64,000 nt of DNA. It comes from Myxococcota bacterium. GTDB taxonomy: Bacteria > Myxococcota_A > Polyangia > Nannocystales > Nannocystaceae. Within the stretch, counting starts at the first letter, position 1, and every line of letters begins with the position of its first letter. This document shows positions 29,508 to 39,651 of this stretch, one piece after another. The DNA lies in contig JBCCHT010000046.1 in NCBI GenBank assembly GCA_039028615.1, forward strand, positions 1 through 64,000. The letters run 5' to 3'. A model generated the notes under the pieces. The model had not been told where the DNA came from. It searched no databases and worked only from the letters and a program-made list of their open reading frames with translations. Position numbers and translations under genes: made by a program.

Positions 29508-32189
29508 GTGGGCGACCGCGCGAGCACGAACCTGCGGCCCTCACCCACGCGCTTCGTGGGGCGAGCGGTCGAGCTTTCGCAGCTCGTCGAGCTGGTGAGC
29601 GGAGGCCAGCGCCTGGTCACCGTGTTCGGCCCGGGAGGCACGGGCAAGACTCGGACCGCGCTGGCGCTGTGCGAGCGCATGCAGGACGAGTACGCCGGGC
29701 TCGGCGGAGTGTGGCTGTGCGAGCTGGCGGCGGTGCGCGACCTCCAGGGGGTGTGCGAGACGGTGGCCCGCACCCTGGGCATCCCGCCCGCCGCGGCTGG
29801 GTCCGACGACGAGAGCGTGCGGCGCTTGGGCGCGGCGATGGCCGACCGCGGCCCGATGTTGCTGCTGCTCGACAACTTCGAGCAGCTCGTGGAGCTGGCG
29901 TCGAGCATGATCGCGGTGTGGCTGGTCGAGGCGCCCGAGCTGCGGCTGGTGGTCACGTCGCGCGAGCACCTGCGGCTACGCGGTGAGCTGCGCTTCGAGC
30001 TGTCTCCGCTGGCCCTGCCCGCGCCGGGGCAGCCGGCCACCGACAGCGAGGCGGTGGAGCTGTTCGTGGAGCGCATCCGCGAGCTCGACCCCGGCTTCAC
30101 CTTCGATGACACGACCACCCCGCTGGTCACCGATCTGGTGACCCGGCTCGAGGGGTTGCCGCTGGCGATCGAGCTGGCCGCGTCGCAGGTGGAGCTTTTG
30201 GGGCTGCAGGGACTGCTGGACAACCTGCACCAACGCCTGGACGTGTTGGTCGGGGACGGCCGCGACGTCGAAGATCGGCACGCGACGCTGCGGGCGGCGA
30301 TCGACTGGTCGTGGGGGTTGCTCGATCCGGTGCAGCAGGCGGTGCTGGCCCAGTGCACCGTGTTTCGCGGGGGCTTTACGGCCGAGGCGGCGCGGGCCGT
30401 GCTGGTCGCGCCCGAGGGCAAGCGCCCGCCCTTGGCCGTGCTCAAGGCGCTGCGCGACAAGTCGTTGCTGCGCCGCGACGAGCCCGACGAGGGAGCGGGG
30501 TTGCCTCGCTTCTCTCTGCTCGATGCGGTGCGAGAGTTCGCAGCGGAGCGCTTCGAAAATGCCGAGGCGGCCGAGCAGGCCCGGGCTCGACATGCCGCCT
30601 GGTACCTCGATGCGGCGGAGCGCTGGGTCGCCGAGGTCGAGACGGAGCAGGGGCCCAAGGCCTTGCACTCGCTGGCGCTCGAGCGCGGCAACCTGCTGGC
30701 GACCCACGAACACGCCATGCAGCAGGCGGCCACCGATGCCGAGGCGGCCGAGCGGGCGCTGCGTAGCGTGCTGGCGCTCGACACGGTGGCGTCGATTCGC
30801 GGCTCGTTTGCGGCGCATCTCGAGCTGCTCGAGCAGACCCTCTCGCGTACGCAGGCCCATGCGGTGGCGGTTGCGGTCCGGGTGCGGGTGCTTCGGGCGC
30901 GAGCCAAGGCGCGGCTGATGCACGGTCAGAGCGCGGCCGCCCAAGAAGATTTCGACGAAGCGCTCGAGCGGGCCGAGGCGGAGGGCGATGCCGCGCTGGA
31001 GGCCGAAGTGCTGGCCGATCGCGGGGTGTTCCACCACCAGCGTCGCGAGGTCGAGCGGGCGCAGGCGCTGTACGATCAGGCGCTGCAGCGAGCCCGGGCC
31101 GCGAAGGCACTCGCGGTGGAGGGGCGAGTGCTGGGCAACCTGGGGGCGCTGCGGCACGATCGCCACGAACTCGACGACGCGCGCAAGATCTACGACGACG
31201 CCCTGGAGGTGTTGCGCCGCGTGGGCAACCTGCGGCTCGAGGCGATCCACGTGTGCAACTTGGGGACGCTGGAGCTCGAGCGGGGCGAGGGCGACCGCGC
31301 GCGCGGTCACTTCGAGGCCTCGCAGCAGCTGCTCGAGCCCCTGGGCGACCGCCGCCTGCTCGCGATCGTGCGCGGGAACCAGGGCACATTGGAGCACATG
31401 CAGGGGCGGCTCGAAGACGCTCGCCAATGCCACGAAGACGCGCTGGCAATCCTGCGCGAGGTCGGTGACCGACGCTCCGAGGCACTGTCGCTCAGCCGCC
31501 TGGGTCGGGCCTGGGCCGAGCTGGGCTGGGTCGAGGACGCGCAGGGCTGCCTGGCTGCGGCCGGACGCCTGGTGGGGCGCTTTCCCGACGCCATGGTCTC
31601 CGCCACCGTGGAGCTCGATCGGGGCTTCGTGGAGCTGGCCGAGGCCCGCAACAGCGAGCCCGAGCCGCGGGATGCCCTGCTACAAAAAGCCCGCGATCGC
31701 ATCGCCCAGGTCTCGCGCGCGGAGGCAGACAGCCCGGCGTGGATCGAGCGCTCGGACGACATTCGCTTCGCGGTGCACCTGCTCGAGCGCGGCTTGGCCG
31801 ACCTCGATGCCCAGTCCGCGCCCAGCGAGGCGCCGCCCCAGAACGCGGTGCTCGTGGGGCCGCAGGGACGCTGGCTGCAGGTCCCGGGGGAACAGGCGCA
31901 AGACCTCCGGCGCCGCAAGGCGATGCGGCTGATCTTGGATCGGCTGACCGACGAGCACCGCGCCAACCCGGGCGCTGGCCTGCCGCTGGAGACGTTGCTC
32001 GAGGTGGGGTGGCCCGGCGAGCGCGTCATGGCCAGCGCGGGAGCCAACCGCGTGTACGTGGCCCTGACCACGCTGCGCAAGATGGGCCTCCGCAAGCTCT
32101 TGCTCAGTCGCGACGACGGCTACCTGCTCGACCCGGCGACCCCGGTCAAGCGGATCGAGGCCGACTGGGACGAGCGTCCGACCCCCTGA
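29508..32189 (+). CDS. STAND-class NTPase with TPR repeats and a C-terminal winged-HTH-like domain (COG3903-like regulator)
   Basis: Motifs FVGR, GPGGTGKT, LLLDNFEQ, VTSRE.L, LEGLPLAIELAA, RHATLRAAIDWSW, TPR-like GNLG repeats, and C-terminal NRVYVALTTLRKMGL...DGYLLDP. Confidence 0.88.
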   Translation: MGDRASTNLRPSPTRFVGRAVELSQLVELVSGGQRLVTVFGPGGTGKTRTALALCERMQDEYAGLGGVWLCELAAVRDLQGVCETVARTLGIPPAAAGSDDESVRRLGAAMADRGPMLLLLDNFEQLVELASSMIAVWLVEAPELRLVVTSREHLRLRGELRFELSPLALPAPGQPATDSEAVELFVERIRELDPGFTFDDTTTPLVTDLVTRLEGLPLAIELAASQVELLGLQGLLDNLHQRLDVLVGDGRDVEDRHATLRAAIDWSWGLLDPVQQAVLAQCTVFRGGFTAEAARAVLVAPEGKRPPLAVLKALRDKSLLRRDEPDEGAGLPRFSLLDAVREFAAERFENAEAAEQARARHAAWYLDAAERWVAEVETEQGPKALHSLALERGNLLATHEHAMQQAATDAEAAERALRSVLALDTVASIRGSFAAHLELLEQTLSRTQAHAVAVAVRVRVLRARAKARLMHGQSAAAQEDFDEALERAEAEGDAALEAEVLADRGVFHHQRREVERAQALYDQALQRARAAKALAVEGRVLGNLGALRHDRHELDDARKIYDDALEVLRRVGNLRLEAIHVCNLGTLELERGEGDRARGHFEASQQLLEPLGDRRLLAIVRGNQGTLEHMQGRLEDARQCHEDALAILREVGDRRSEALSLSRLGRAWAELGWVEDAQGCLAAAGRLVGRFPDAMVSATVELDRGFVELAEARNSEPEPRDALLQKARDRIAQVSRAEADSPAWIERSDDIRFAVHLLERGLADLDAQSAPSEAPPQNAVLVGPQGRWLQVPGEQAQDLRRRKAMRLILDRLTDEHRANPGAGLPLETLLEVGWPGERVMASAGANRVYVALTTLRKMGLRKLLLSRDDGYLLDPATPVKRIEADWDERPTP

Positions 32190-32595
32190 ATCCGCGAGCC
32201 CGAAAAATTCGTTCGCAAGAACTGGTGGATCTGACAGGTCCCCTCGGCGGCGCCCGGTGGTATGCCCATAGAGGCTCTTCCGACGCAGCGGCCAGCATCC
32301 GCCGCGTCGCTTCGGGGAGCTTTTGTGGGTGATGGGTGGAAGCGGAAGGCATGCGGCGGGGGCACGAGTGCGCTGAGGTGAGGATCGAAAGTGGGTGGGT
32401 CTTCGGTGGTCGGTAGGGCTTGGTGTGGAAGCCGAAGACAGTGGAATCGATCGTCATCGTTCAGTGGCTCGTGCCTTCGTCGCATCCGAGTACTCGAGCG
32501 TCCTGCGGACCGCGAAAGGGTCGGGGGACCGCATCGTCGGGGCGTCCGCGTCGACCGACATCTCGACTTCCCTCTCGAGCTGTCGGGCCGTGGTG

Positions 32596-32637
32596 CCGGG
32601 CGCCTCCCGGGCCGGGGAGCCTGGGAGGCGCCTCGGG
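32596..32637. terminator. GC stem-loop downstream of the LysR gene, between convergent genes
   Basis: Stem cgcctcccgggc / gcctgggaggcg. No clear U-tract. Confidence 0.4.
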
Positions 32638-32647
32638 ATCGGGGGGC

Positions 32648-33592
32648 TCAGGCTCGTTTCGTGGCGGGAAAGATGTCACCGTCGATGAAGCGTTCGCGGA
32701 GCCAGGTGTGCGCGGGGTCGTCGGCGAGCTGACGGGGCCACCACATCGACATGCCGATCTCGGGCAGGGGGATCGGGGGGTTGTGAACCTGCACGCCGAA
32801 CAGCTCGCGCGCGCGGTGCCCCACGCTGCGGGCGATGGTGCAGATGAGATCGGAGTGCAGCACGGCCAGCGGAGCGGACACGAAGTGCGGCACGCGAAGC
32901 GAGACGCGGCGGGTGAGGCCGTGGCGGTGCAGCACTCGATCGACGACCCCCTTGGACTTGCCCTCGATGCTCACCACCACGTGCTCGAGCGCGGCATAGC
33001 GGGCCCGGGTGAGGCGGCGGCCGGTGTTGGTGCCGATCTCGGGGTGATCGGGTCGAGCGATGACCACGAAGGGATCGCGGAACAGCTCCTGGTGACGAAG
33101 GCCCGCGCCGGCCAGCCCCGGCGATGACCCGGCGAACACGAGATCGAGCTGGCCCGACGCCAGGCGAGCGGCGGAGTCGGGGCCCAGCCGCTCGATCTGC
33201 ACGTCGATGCCGGGCGCGCGCTCGTGGAGCAGCGGGAGTAGGTCGGGGACGGCGAGCAGTTCGAAGAAGTCGACCGACGCGATGGTGAAGCGCCGCGTTG
33301 CGGTGGTGGGATCGAAGTCGGGGGGGCCGGCCAAGGCGTCGCGAAGGCCATCGAGCGCGCGGGGCAGGGTCTGGGCGATCTCGCGGCCGCGGGGGGTCAG
33401 CGCCATCGTCCGGCCGGTCACGACCAGCAGCTCGTCGTCGAGCTGTGCCCGAAGCCGCCCGAGCGAGTGGCTCATCGCCGACTGGCTCACCCCCATGTGC
33501 TTGGCGGCCGCGCCCACGCTGCGCTCGCTCAGCAGCGCCTGCAACGCGGGCAGCAGATTCAGGTTCAGTGTCCTGAAATCGATATCCGTCAT
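32648..33592 (-). CDS. LysR-family transcriptional regulator (NodD/DntR-like)
   Basis: HTH LNLNLL..L.ALL.ERSV..AA..MGVSQSAMSHSL.RLR....DELLV, then a substrate-binding domain. Divergent from the SDR-hydrolase fusion. Confidence 0.95.
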   Translation of the reverse strand: MTDIDFRTLNLNLLPALQALLSERSVGAAAKHMGVSQSAMSHSLGRLRAQLDDELLVVTGRTMALTPRGREIAQTLPRALDGLRDALAGPPDFDPTTATRRFTIASVDFFELLAVPDLLPLLHERAPGIDVQIERLGPDSAARLASGQLDLVFAGSSPGLAGAGLRHQELFRDPFVVIARPDHPEIGTNTGRRLTRARYAALEHVVVSIEGKSKGVVDRVLHRHGLTRRVSLRVPHFVSAPLAVLHSDLICTIARSVGHRARELFGVQVHNPPIPLPEIGMSMWWPRQLADDPAHTWLRERFIDGDIFPATKRA

Positions 33593-33649
33593 ATCTCAGA
33601 TGATTAGTATTCAGTTTTCGTCATGCGTGGCAAGTGTCAGCGTGAGGGC

Positions 33650-35512
33650 ATGGAACTTCGAGATCCCGATGCCCTCGTCACGGGCGCCACCGGCCTCATC
33701 GGTCGCAATCTGTTGGTCTCGCTCACCGCTCGGGGTCGCACGGTGGCCGCGCTGGTCCGCAACGCGGCGGCGCGAGCGGAGATGCTGGCCGAGCACGTCG
33801 AGCGTCATGGCGGCGACCCTTCGCGGCTGAAGGTGATCGAGGGGGATCTCGATCAGGAGGGGCTGGGCCTCGCCCCCGCGCTCGATGGGGTTCGCGACGT
33901 CTTTCACTGCGCCGGACGCTTCGCCTTCGGCCTGAGCCCGGACGAGGCGGCGGCGGCCAACGTGGAGGGGAGCCTGCGCGTGGTTCGATGGGCGCATGCC
34001 CGGCCGGCGCTGCGTCGCCTCGTCTACGTGGGGGGTTACCGCATGACCGCATTGCCCTCGTGGGTGGGCACCGAGCGACCTCGGGGGCCGCTGCGTCGTC
34101 GGCTCTATCGACATTTCGGCGCCTACGAAGCTTCGAAGATCGAGGCCGGGCTCGCGGTGGACGAGCTCGCGGCCGAGCTCTCGCTGCCGCTCACGCGCAT
34201 TCATCCCGCGACGGTCATCGGGCCGTCGACGACGGGCCACAGCGAGCAGACGATCGGCCTCGCCGAGACCATGGGGCGACTATGGCGGGGGCAGCTGCCC
34301 GCGTTGGTCGGCAACGAGCGGACCTTCGTCCCGGTGGTCACCGCGGACTATCTCGCCGATTTCATGGCCACGGCGGTCGAGCGTGAGGCCACGGAGGGGC
34401 AGTCGCTGGTGGTCTTCGATCCCGATACGCCGCGCCTGCCTCGGTTGCTGCGCGAGGCGGCCGAGCACCTCGGCGTTCGTGCGCCACGCGTGTGCCTGCC
34501 CGTGGGCGCGGTGCGGGCCTTGCCGCGAGCGTTGACGGGGGTCGAGCCCGAGACGCTGAGCTTCTTGGCCGAGGACGACTACGACACGCGCACCGCCCAG
34601 GCCCACGCCGACGCGGTCGGGCTCGTTCATCCTCCGCTGAGGCAGGCGATGGGGCGATGGCTCGATCACCTGGTCTCGACGCGCTTCGGCGAACAGCCGC
34701 AGGCGTCGCGGGGGCGACTGTGCTCGGTGGCGGGGAGCCGAACTTTTGCCGTGGGCGATCCCGGGCAGGCGAAGGCTCTGCTCCTACACGGCCTACCCTG
34801 GGACGGCGAGTGCTTTCGGGGCCTCGAGCAGCAGCTGCCCGATTCGGTCGCGCGCGTCGATCTCCCCGGCCTCGGTCGCTCGAGCCTCGCCTCGGGCGGA
34901 GCCGAAGGGCAGGGGGCGTGGCTGGACGCGCTGCTCGAACGACGGCGGTCACCCCTGGTGATCGTCGCGCACTCGCTGGCGTGCGAAATAGCGCTGCGAT
35001 GGGCCCAGGACAACCCGCAGCGGGTCGAGTCGCTGGTGCTCGTTTCTCCCTATTTCATGCAGCGGCCCGCTCCGCTGTTCATGCGCATCCCCGCGTTGGT
35101 CTCGATGGCGATGCGCGGCATGAAGGCGGAGGACCTGCGTCGACGGCTCGTGCCCGAGGCCCCCACGGACGACATCGGGGTCGAGCGAGCGCTCGCGAGC
35201 GCAGCCGCTCAGCTGGCGCGGCCGGGCGTCGCTCGGCAGGTGGGCCGAAGCTTGGCCCGCGTCAGTGCATCAGGCCATCGCGCGGAGATGAACGAAATAT
35301 TGCGCAACATTTCTGCACGCGTGCCCGTGCAGATCATCCACGGCGAGCGGGACCCGCTGATCGAAGTCGTGCCCCAGCTGCATGTGCAGTGCGTTCCCGG
35401 AGCGGGGCACGACCTGCATGTGAGTCGGCCCGAGGTCATTGCACCCTTGCTCGCTCGCGAAACCGAGAGAGGTGCACCACGATCGGCTTCGGTGTCGCGC
35501 TCATGCGCTTGA
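33650..35512 (+). CDS. Extended SDR (thioester-reductase/epimerase-like) fused to an alpha/beta hydrolase
   Basis: N-terminal domain has TGATGLIG, HCAG and YEASK. C-terminal domain has LLHGLP, DLPGLGRS, AHSLA, HGERD and GAGH. Confidence 0.85.
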   Translation: MELRDPDALVTGATGLIGRNLLVSLTARGRTVAALVRNAAARAEMLAEHVERHGGDPSRLKVIEGDLDQEGLGLAPALDGVRDVFHCAGRFAFGLSPDEAAAANVEGSLRVVRWAHARPALRRLVYVGGYRMTALPSWVGTERPRGPLRRRLYRHFGAYEASKIEAGLAVDELAAELSLPLTRIHPATVIGPSTTGHSEQTIGLAETMGRLWRGQLPALVGNERTFVPVVTADYLADFMATAVEREATEGQSLVVFDPDTPRLPRLLREAAEHLGVRAPRVCLPVGAVRALPRALTGVEPETLSFLAEDDYDTRTAQAHADAVGLVHPPLRQAMGRWLDHLVSTRFGEQPQASRGRLCSVAGSRTFAVGDPGQAKALLLHGLPWDGECFRGLEQQLPDSVARVDLPGLGRSSLASGGAEGQGAWLDALLERRRSPLVIVAHSLACEIALRWAQDNPQRVESLVLVSPYFMQRPAPLFMRIPALVSMAMRGMKAEDLRRRLVPEAPTDDIGVERALASAAAQLARPGVARQVGRSLARVSASGHRAEMNEILRNISARVPVQIIHGERDPLIEVVPQLHVQCVPGAGHDLHVSRPEVIAPLLARETERGAPRSASVSRSCA

Positions 35513-35673
35513 TCGGACTCGAACATCGAAGGGGTTCGTGAGCCTCGGTTTTTGTCGCGACGAGTCTCGCGTGCACTCGCTTCGTTGCCGTGTATGCTCC
35601 GGGTCGAAAAGCGGCGCGGCGGAGCTCGTATTTGGTTGCCGAACCGATCGCCGCTCACAACGAAAGAGAATCT

Positions 35674-38514
35674 ATGTCACGCGATTTCATCGAGCGTATC
35701 GATCGACGTCTGATCACCCTTGGTGCTGCGGCCCTCCTCGTCGGCTGTGGCTTGGCCGAGGACGGCAACGACTCTCTCGCGCCGCTTTTCGTATTCGACG
35801 GTGAGCCGGTTGGCCCCGTACCCGATGCCGCCGACGATCTGGCGGCCGAGGCTCGTCCCGTGCACATCCTGCCCGGCTTCGATCTCTGGGCCGAGGCGGT
35901 GGCGGGCACCGATGACGTGTCGCTCGAGTGGAACGACGAAGGGGCCCCGCAGTATGAAGTCTGGCGGAGCACGGCCCCCTATTTCGCCCCCGGAGACGCG
36001 GGGTCCACCCTGGTCACCACCACGGCCGCCATCACGGCCGTGGACGCGGGCGTGACCTGTGCCGGGTGTCCCAATCAGTACTATGCGGTCGTCGCCCAGG
36101 GAGCGAGCGCCACCACGTCGACCACCGTGGGGGTGCATACCCTGGACGTCGAGCCCGGCTACAACATGGTGCCGCTGAGCCTGGTCAACCCGGAGCTGTC
36201 CTCCGCATCGTCGCTATTGTCGATCGCGGGAGCGGGCTTCACCCACGCCATCTATTGGTGGGGTCCGGGGCAGTCGTGGATCTCGTGGTGGACCGGCTCG
36301 CCCTATGGCGAGTGGACCCACAACCTGGGCGACACCCCGCTGGTCAACCTCTCGATCGCCTCGAGCCAGACGCGGGTCCTCACCGGTTATGTGCCGTCGC
36401 CCGACGAGATGTCGCTGCCGCTGTACACGGGCGACAACTTCGTCTCGCTGCCGCTGACCTACCCGCCGACGTCCGCCAGCGAGGTGATCGCCCTGGGGCC
36501 GCCGGGGTTCATCACCGCCGTGGGCGGCTGGGATCCGGTCACCCAGTCCCCTCGCTGGTATCCCGCCGACGGCGTCGATTTCGTCGTGGAGCCGGGCAGC
36601 AACCTCGCGCTCACCACCACGGGCCCCGGGCAGTGGCCGTTTTCGTTGTGCGGCAACGGGTCCGTCGACGAGTTCGAGGCCTGTGACGACGGCAACCTCG
36701 TCAACGGAGACGGCTGCGACAATACCTGTGCTCTCACTCCGCCCACGGTGGGTGACGACGCGTACCTCGTCGATCAAAACGGCTCGCTCGGCGTTGCGGC
36801 GCCGGGCGTGGTCGACAACGATGCCGCCTACGACGGCGGCGGCGTGATGGTGTCGGCCTTCGATGTCACTTCCGAGGCGGGCGGCACGGTCAGCGTCCAG
36901 CCCGACGGCTCCTTCCAGTACGATCCTCCCGCCGACTTCTGGGGCGAGGACCGGTTCTCGTACACCGCCCAAGACGCGGCCGGAGGCACGGCCAACGGCG
37001 AGGTCGAGCTCGTCGTACGACCCATCAACGTCCCGCTCATCGCCGTCCAGGGGGGCATGGGCGGCTTCTCCATCGACGGCGAGGCCCAGTTCGACCGGCT
37101 CGGTAACTCGGTATCCGGCGGCGGCGACGTCAACGGCGACGGCCTCGACGACGTGGTCATCGGCGCTTCGCTGGCCAGCACCAACGGGGTCGGCAGTACC
37201 GGGCGTGCCTACGTGGTGTTCGGCAAGACCACCACCGAGCCCGTGCTCACCTCCGAGCTCACCGCGGGCGCGGGCGGAGGCATCGCTCTCCAGCCGCTGA
37301 GCGCCTCCGGCAACCTGGGCGCCGCGGTCTCCATCGTGGGGGACCTCAACGGCGACGGCCTCGACGACGTGCTCGCGTCGGCGTCCAACCTCTATCTCAC
37401 CGGCCTGGGCTACGTGCTCTTCGGGCGCACCGACGTGTTCGCCCACCAGGCCGAATGGTTGGACCAGGGCCTGGGCGGCTACGTCATCGAGGCGGACAAC
37501 TTCACCTCGATGGGCAGCTCGGGCTTCTTCGGCGCGTCTTCGGCCGGAGCAGGCGACGTCAACGGCGATGGCATCCCCGACTTCGTGATGTCCGACTACC
37601 GCTTCTTCCTCGGCGACGCCCAGAGCAACACGGGGAGCACCTACGTCATCTTCGGTGCCGCCAGCGGGCCCCTGCGCACGAGCGACATGGTCTCCGGGGT
37701 CGGGGGCTTCGTCATCAACAACGAGTCGAGCGGCGTCGACCACACGGTGGTCTCGGCCAACGCCGCGGGCGACGTCAACGGCGATGGCCTGCAGGACATC
37801 ATCGTGGGCGCGGCCGATGCCGACTTCGCCGGGAGCGATGCCGGACGGAGCTACGTGGTGTTCGGCAAGGCCGACGGGGCCGCGGTCGACCTGTCGGCGC
37901 TCGGCAGCGGTGGCTTCATCATCGACGGCGAGTCGGCCGACGATCACTCGGGCTACTGGGTCGACGGAGCCGGAGACGTCAACGGCGATGGGCTCGACGA
38001 CGTGATCGTCGGGGCCTGGGCCGCATCGACCAACGGGCTGGCCTCGGGCAGCACTTACGTGGTGTTCGGCAAGACCGACGGCACCGCGGTCGACCTCGAC
38101 GACATCGTCGCGGGCAACGGCGGCTTCGTGGTCTACGGCGCCAGTGCGCTCGACTACTCCAGCCAGCGCGCGGCGGCCGGGGTGGGTGACGTCAACGGCG
38201 ACGGCATGGTCGATCTGGCCATCGGGGCGCGGTTGGCCGACGGCCCCGCGGGAGACACCTCGGGTCGGGCGTACATCGTCTACGGGCGCAACACCGACAC
38301 CTCGCCGGTCCAGCTCGCCGACATCGAGGCGGGCATCGGAGGCTTCACCCTCGATGGGGAGCAGGGCGAGCAAGCCGGGGCCGCCATCGACGGGGCGGGC
38401 GACATCAACGGCGACGGCCTCGCCGACATCGTCGTCTCCGCGCCCTCGGCCCAGCCCAACGGGTTCTCGTCGGGGCGCGTGTACGTGGTCTTCGGCAGCC
38501 GCTCGTCGCTGTAG
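35674..38514 (+). CDS. Large surface lipoprotein: Cys-rich repeat, Ig/cadherin-like domain, FG-GAP (integrin-alpha) beta-propeller
   Basis: Lipobox LLVGC, CGNG.....EACDDGN...GDGC...C, DD.Y...DGSF.Y.P...F.GED.FSY, and seven GD(V/L/I)NGDG..D...YVVFG-type repeats. Confidence 0.88.
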   Translation: MSRDFIERIDRRLITLGAAALLVGCGLAEDGNDSLAPLFVFDGEPVGPVPDAADDLAAEARPVHILPGFDLWAEAVAGTDDVSLEWNDEGAPQYEVWRSTAPYFAPGDAGSTLVTTTAAITAVDAGVTCAGCPNQYYAVVAQGASATTSTTVGVHTLDVEPGYNMVPLSLVNPELSSASSLLSIAGAGFTHAIYWWGPGQSWISWWTGSPYGEWTHNLGDTPLVNLSIASSQTRVLTGYVPSPDEMSLPLYTGDNFVSLPLTYPPTSASEVIALGPPGFITAVGGWDPVTQSPRWYPADGVDFVVEPGSNLALTTTGPGQWPFSLCGNGSVDEFEACDDGNLVNGDGCDNTCALTPPTVGDDAYLVDQNGSLGVAAPGVVDNDAAYDGGGVMVSAFDVTSEAGGTVSVQPDGSFQYDPPADFWGEDRFSYTAQDAAGGTANGEVELVVRPINVPLIAVQGGMGGFSIDGEAQFDRLGNSVSGGGDVNGDGLDDVVIGASLASTNGVGSTGRAYVVFGKTTTEPVLTSELTAGAGGGIALQPLSASGNLGAAVSIVGDLNGDGLDDVLASASNLYLTGLGYVLFGRTDVFAHQAEWLDQGLGGYVIEADNFTSMGSSGFFGASSAGAGDVNGDGIPDFVMSDYRFFLGDAQSNTGSTYVIFGAASGPLRTSDMVSGVGGFVINNESSGVDHTVVSANAAGDVNGDGLQDIIVGAADADFAGSDAGRSYVVFGKADGAAVDLSALGSGGFIIDGESADDHSGYWVDGAGDVNGDGLDDVIVGAWAASTNGLASGSTYVVFGKTDGTAVDLDDIVAGNGGFVVYGASALDYSSQRAAAGVGDVNGDGMVDLAIGARLADGPAGDTSGRAYIVYGRNTDTSPVQLADIEAGIGGFTLDGEQGEQAGAAIDGAGDINGDGLADIVVSAPSAQPNGFSSGRVYVVFGSRSSL

Positions 38515-38590
38515 CTTCGGGCGCCCGCCCGACGACTCGTCACCGACGGCATCGACCTTCGCGGGGTCGGTGCCGTCGTCTCGCGCGGGG

Positions 38591-39463
38591 TCAGGGGGCC
38601 CGCGTGTGGGCGACGAAGGTCATGAACCCGGGGCCTGCCTCGGTGGAGCCCAGGGACGAGTCGAAGCGCTCGACGTCGATGAACCCCAGTCGCTGGAGCA
38701 GCTCGATGATCTCGGCGGTCTCGTAGGCCACGCTGGACAGCGCGTAGCGTCGTACCTGGCTCGTCTGCGCCTCGATGACGTGCCAGCGCTCCGTCTTCGT
38801 GTTCGTCTCTTCGTCCCAAAAGCGCTCGTGCAAGGTCAGGTGGGGCTTTGGCGAGAACAACCCCGAGGCCTTCGACGACCACGAGCGAGTCGGAGTGCCG
38901 TCGCCGCGAAGGTCGGCGGCAGTCTGGACTTCGAGCACCAGCGCGCCGCCGGGTCGCAGTGAAGCCGCCGCGGCCCGCACGATCGCCTCTGCCTGCTCCC
39001 GGCGGAACACGTTGAGCTGGCCGTAGATCAGCATCGCGAGGTCGAAGCCGAGTCCGAAGTCCCCTGCGCGCAGGTCGGCGTGCACGAAGTGGCAGGTCAG
39101 GCCCTGCGCCTGGGCCCGGCGATGGGCGTACTCGATGGAGGCCGGCCCGAAGTCGATGCCGACCCCCTGGTGGCCGAGCTCGGCCAAGCGGTGCAGGTAC
39201 AGCCCGGGACCGCAGCCGAGGTCGAGCACGTTCGAGGCTCGCTCGGCGAGGACGCGCTCGTGAAGCCAGCGGACGTGGGTCTCGACCGTCGATGCGCGCC
39301 GACTGGCGAGGTCATGCGCCTCGCTCAGGTGATGCTCCAGCATCCGAGCGCTGAACTCCGGATCGTCCCACGGGATGTTGTCGCCCTCGGCCCACGGCGA
39401 CGGTGGGTCGGCCCGCTCGATGATCGCGTGCAGGTCCAGCGCCGACGGAGCTTCGGTGGCCAT
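38591..39463 (-). CDS. Class I SAM-dependent methyltransferase
   Basis: Motifs IPWDDP.FS.RML..HL, VLDLGCGPGLY, GIDF and L.PGG.LVL. Confidence 0.9.
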   Translation of the reverse strand: MATEAPSALDLHAIIERADPPSPWAEGDNIPWDDPEFSARMLEHHLSEAHDLASRRASTVETHVRWLHERVLAERASNVLDLGCGPGLYLHRLAELGHQGVGIDFGPASIEYAHRRAQAQGLTCHFVHADLRAGDFGLGFDLAMLIYGQLNVFRREQAEAIVRAAAASLRPGGALVLEVQTAADLRGDGTPTRSWSSKASGLFSPKPHLTLHERFWDEETNTKTERWHVIEAQTSQVRRYALSSVAYETAEIIELLQRLGFIDVERFDSSLGSTEAGPGFMTFVAHTRAP

Positions 39464-39651
39464 GCTTCTGTGTCGCACGAACGGGCGCTCGGGTCACGGT
39501 GCGAGGGCCTGGAAGGTCCTTTGCGGTAAGAAACGCACCGCTACGGGAATACGGTCTAGGCGTCTGCCGTGAGAAGACCCGGACGGACGCCCCGTCTCAG
39601 ACCCGGCGGCCGGGAATATGTTTCGGCCGTCGGCTGCTAAGCTGCAAGCTC

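Noticed and set aside
32190..32647. Short ORFs or an RNA gene in the 460-bp gap between the STAND and LysR genes
   Set aside because: No motifs and no tRNA or known RNA signature, only isolated GC hairpins.
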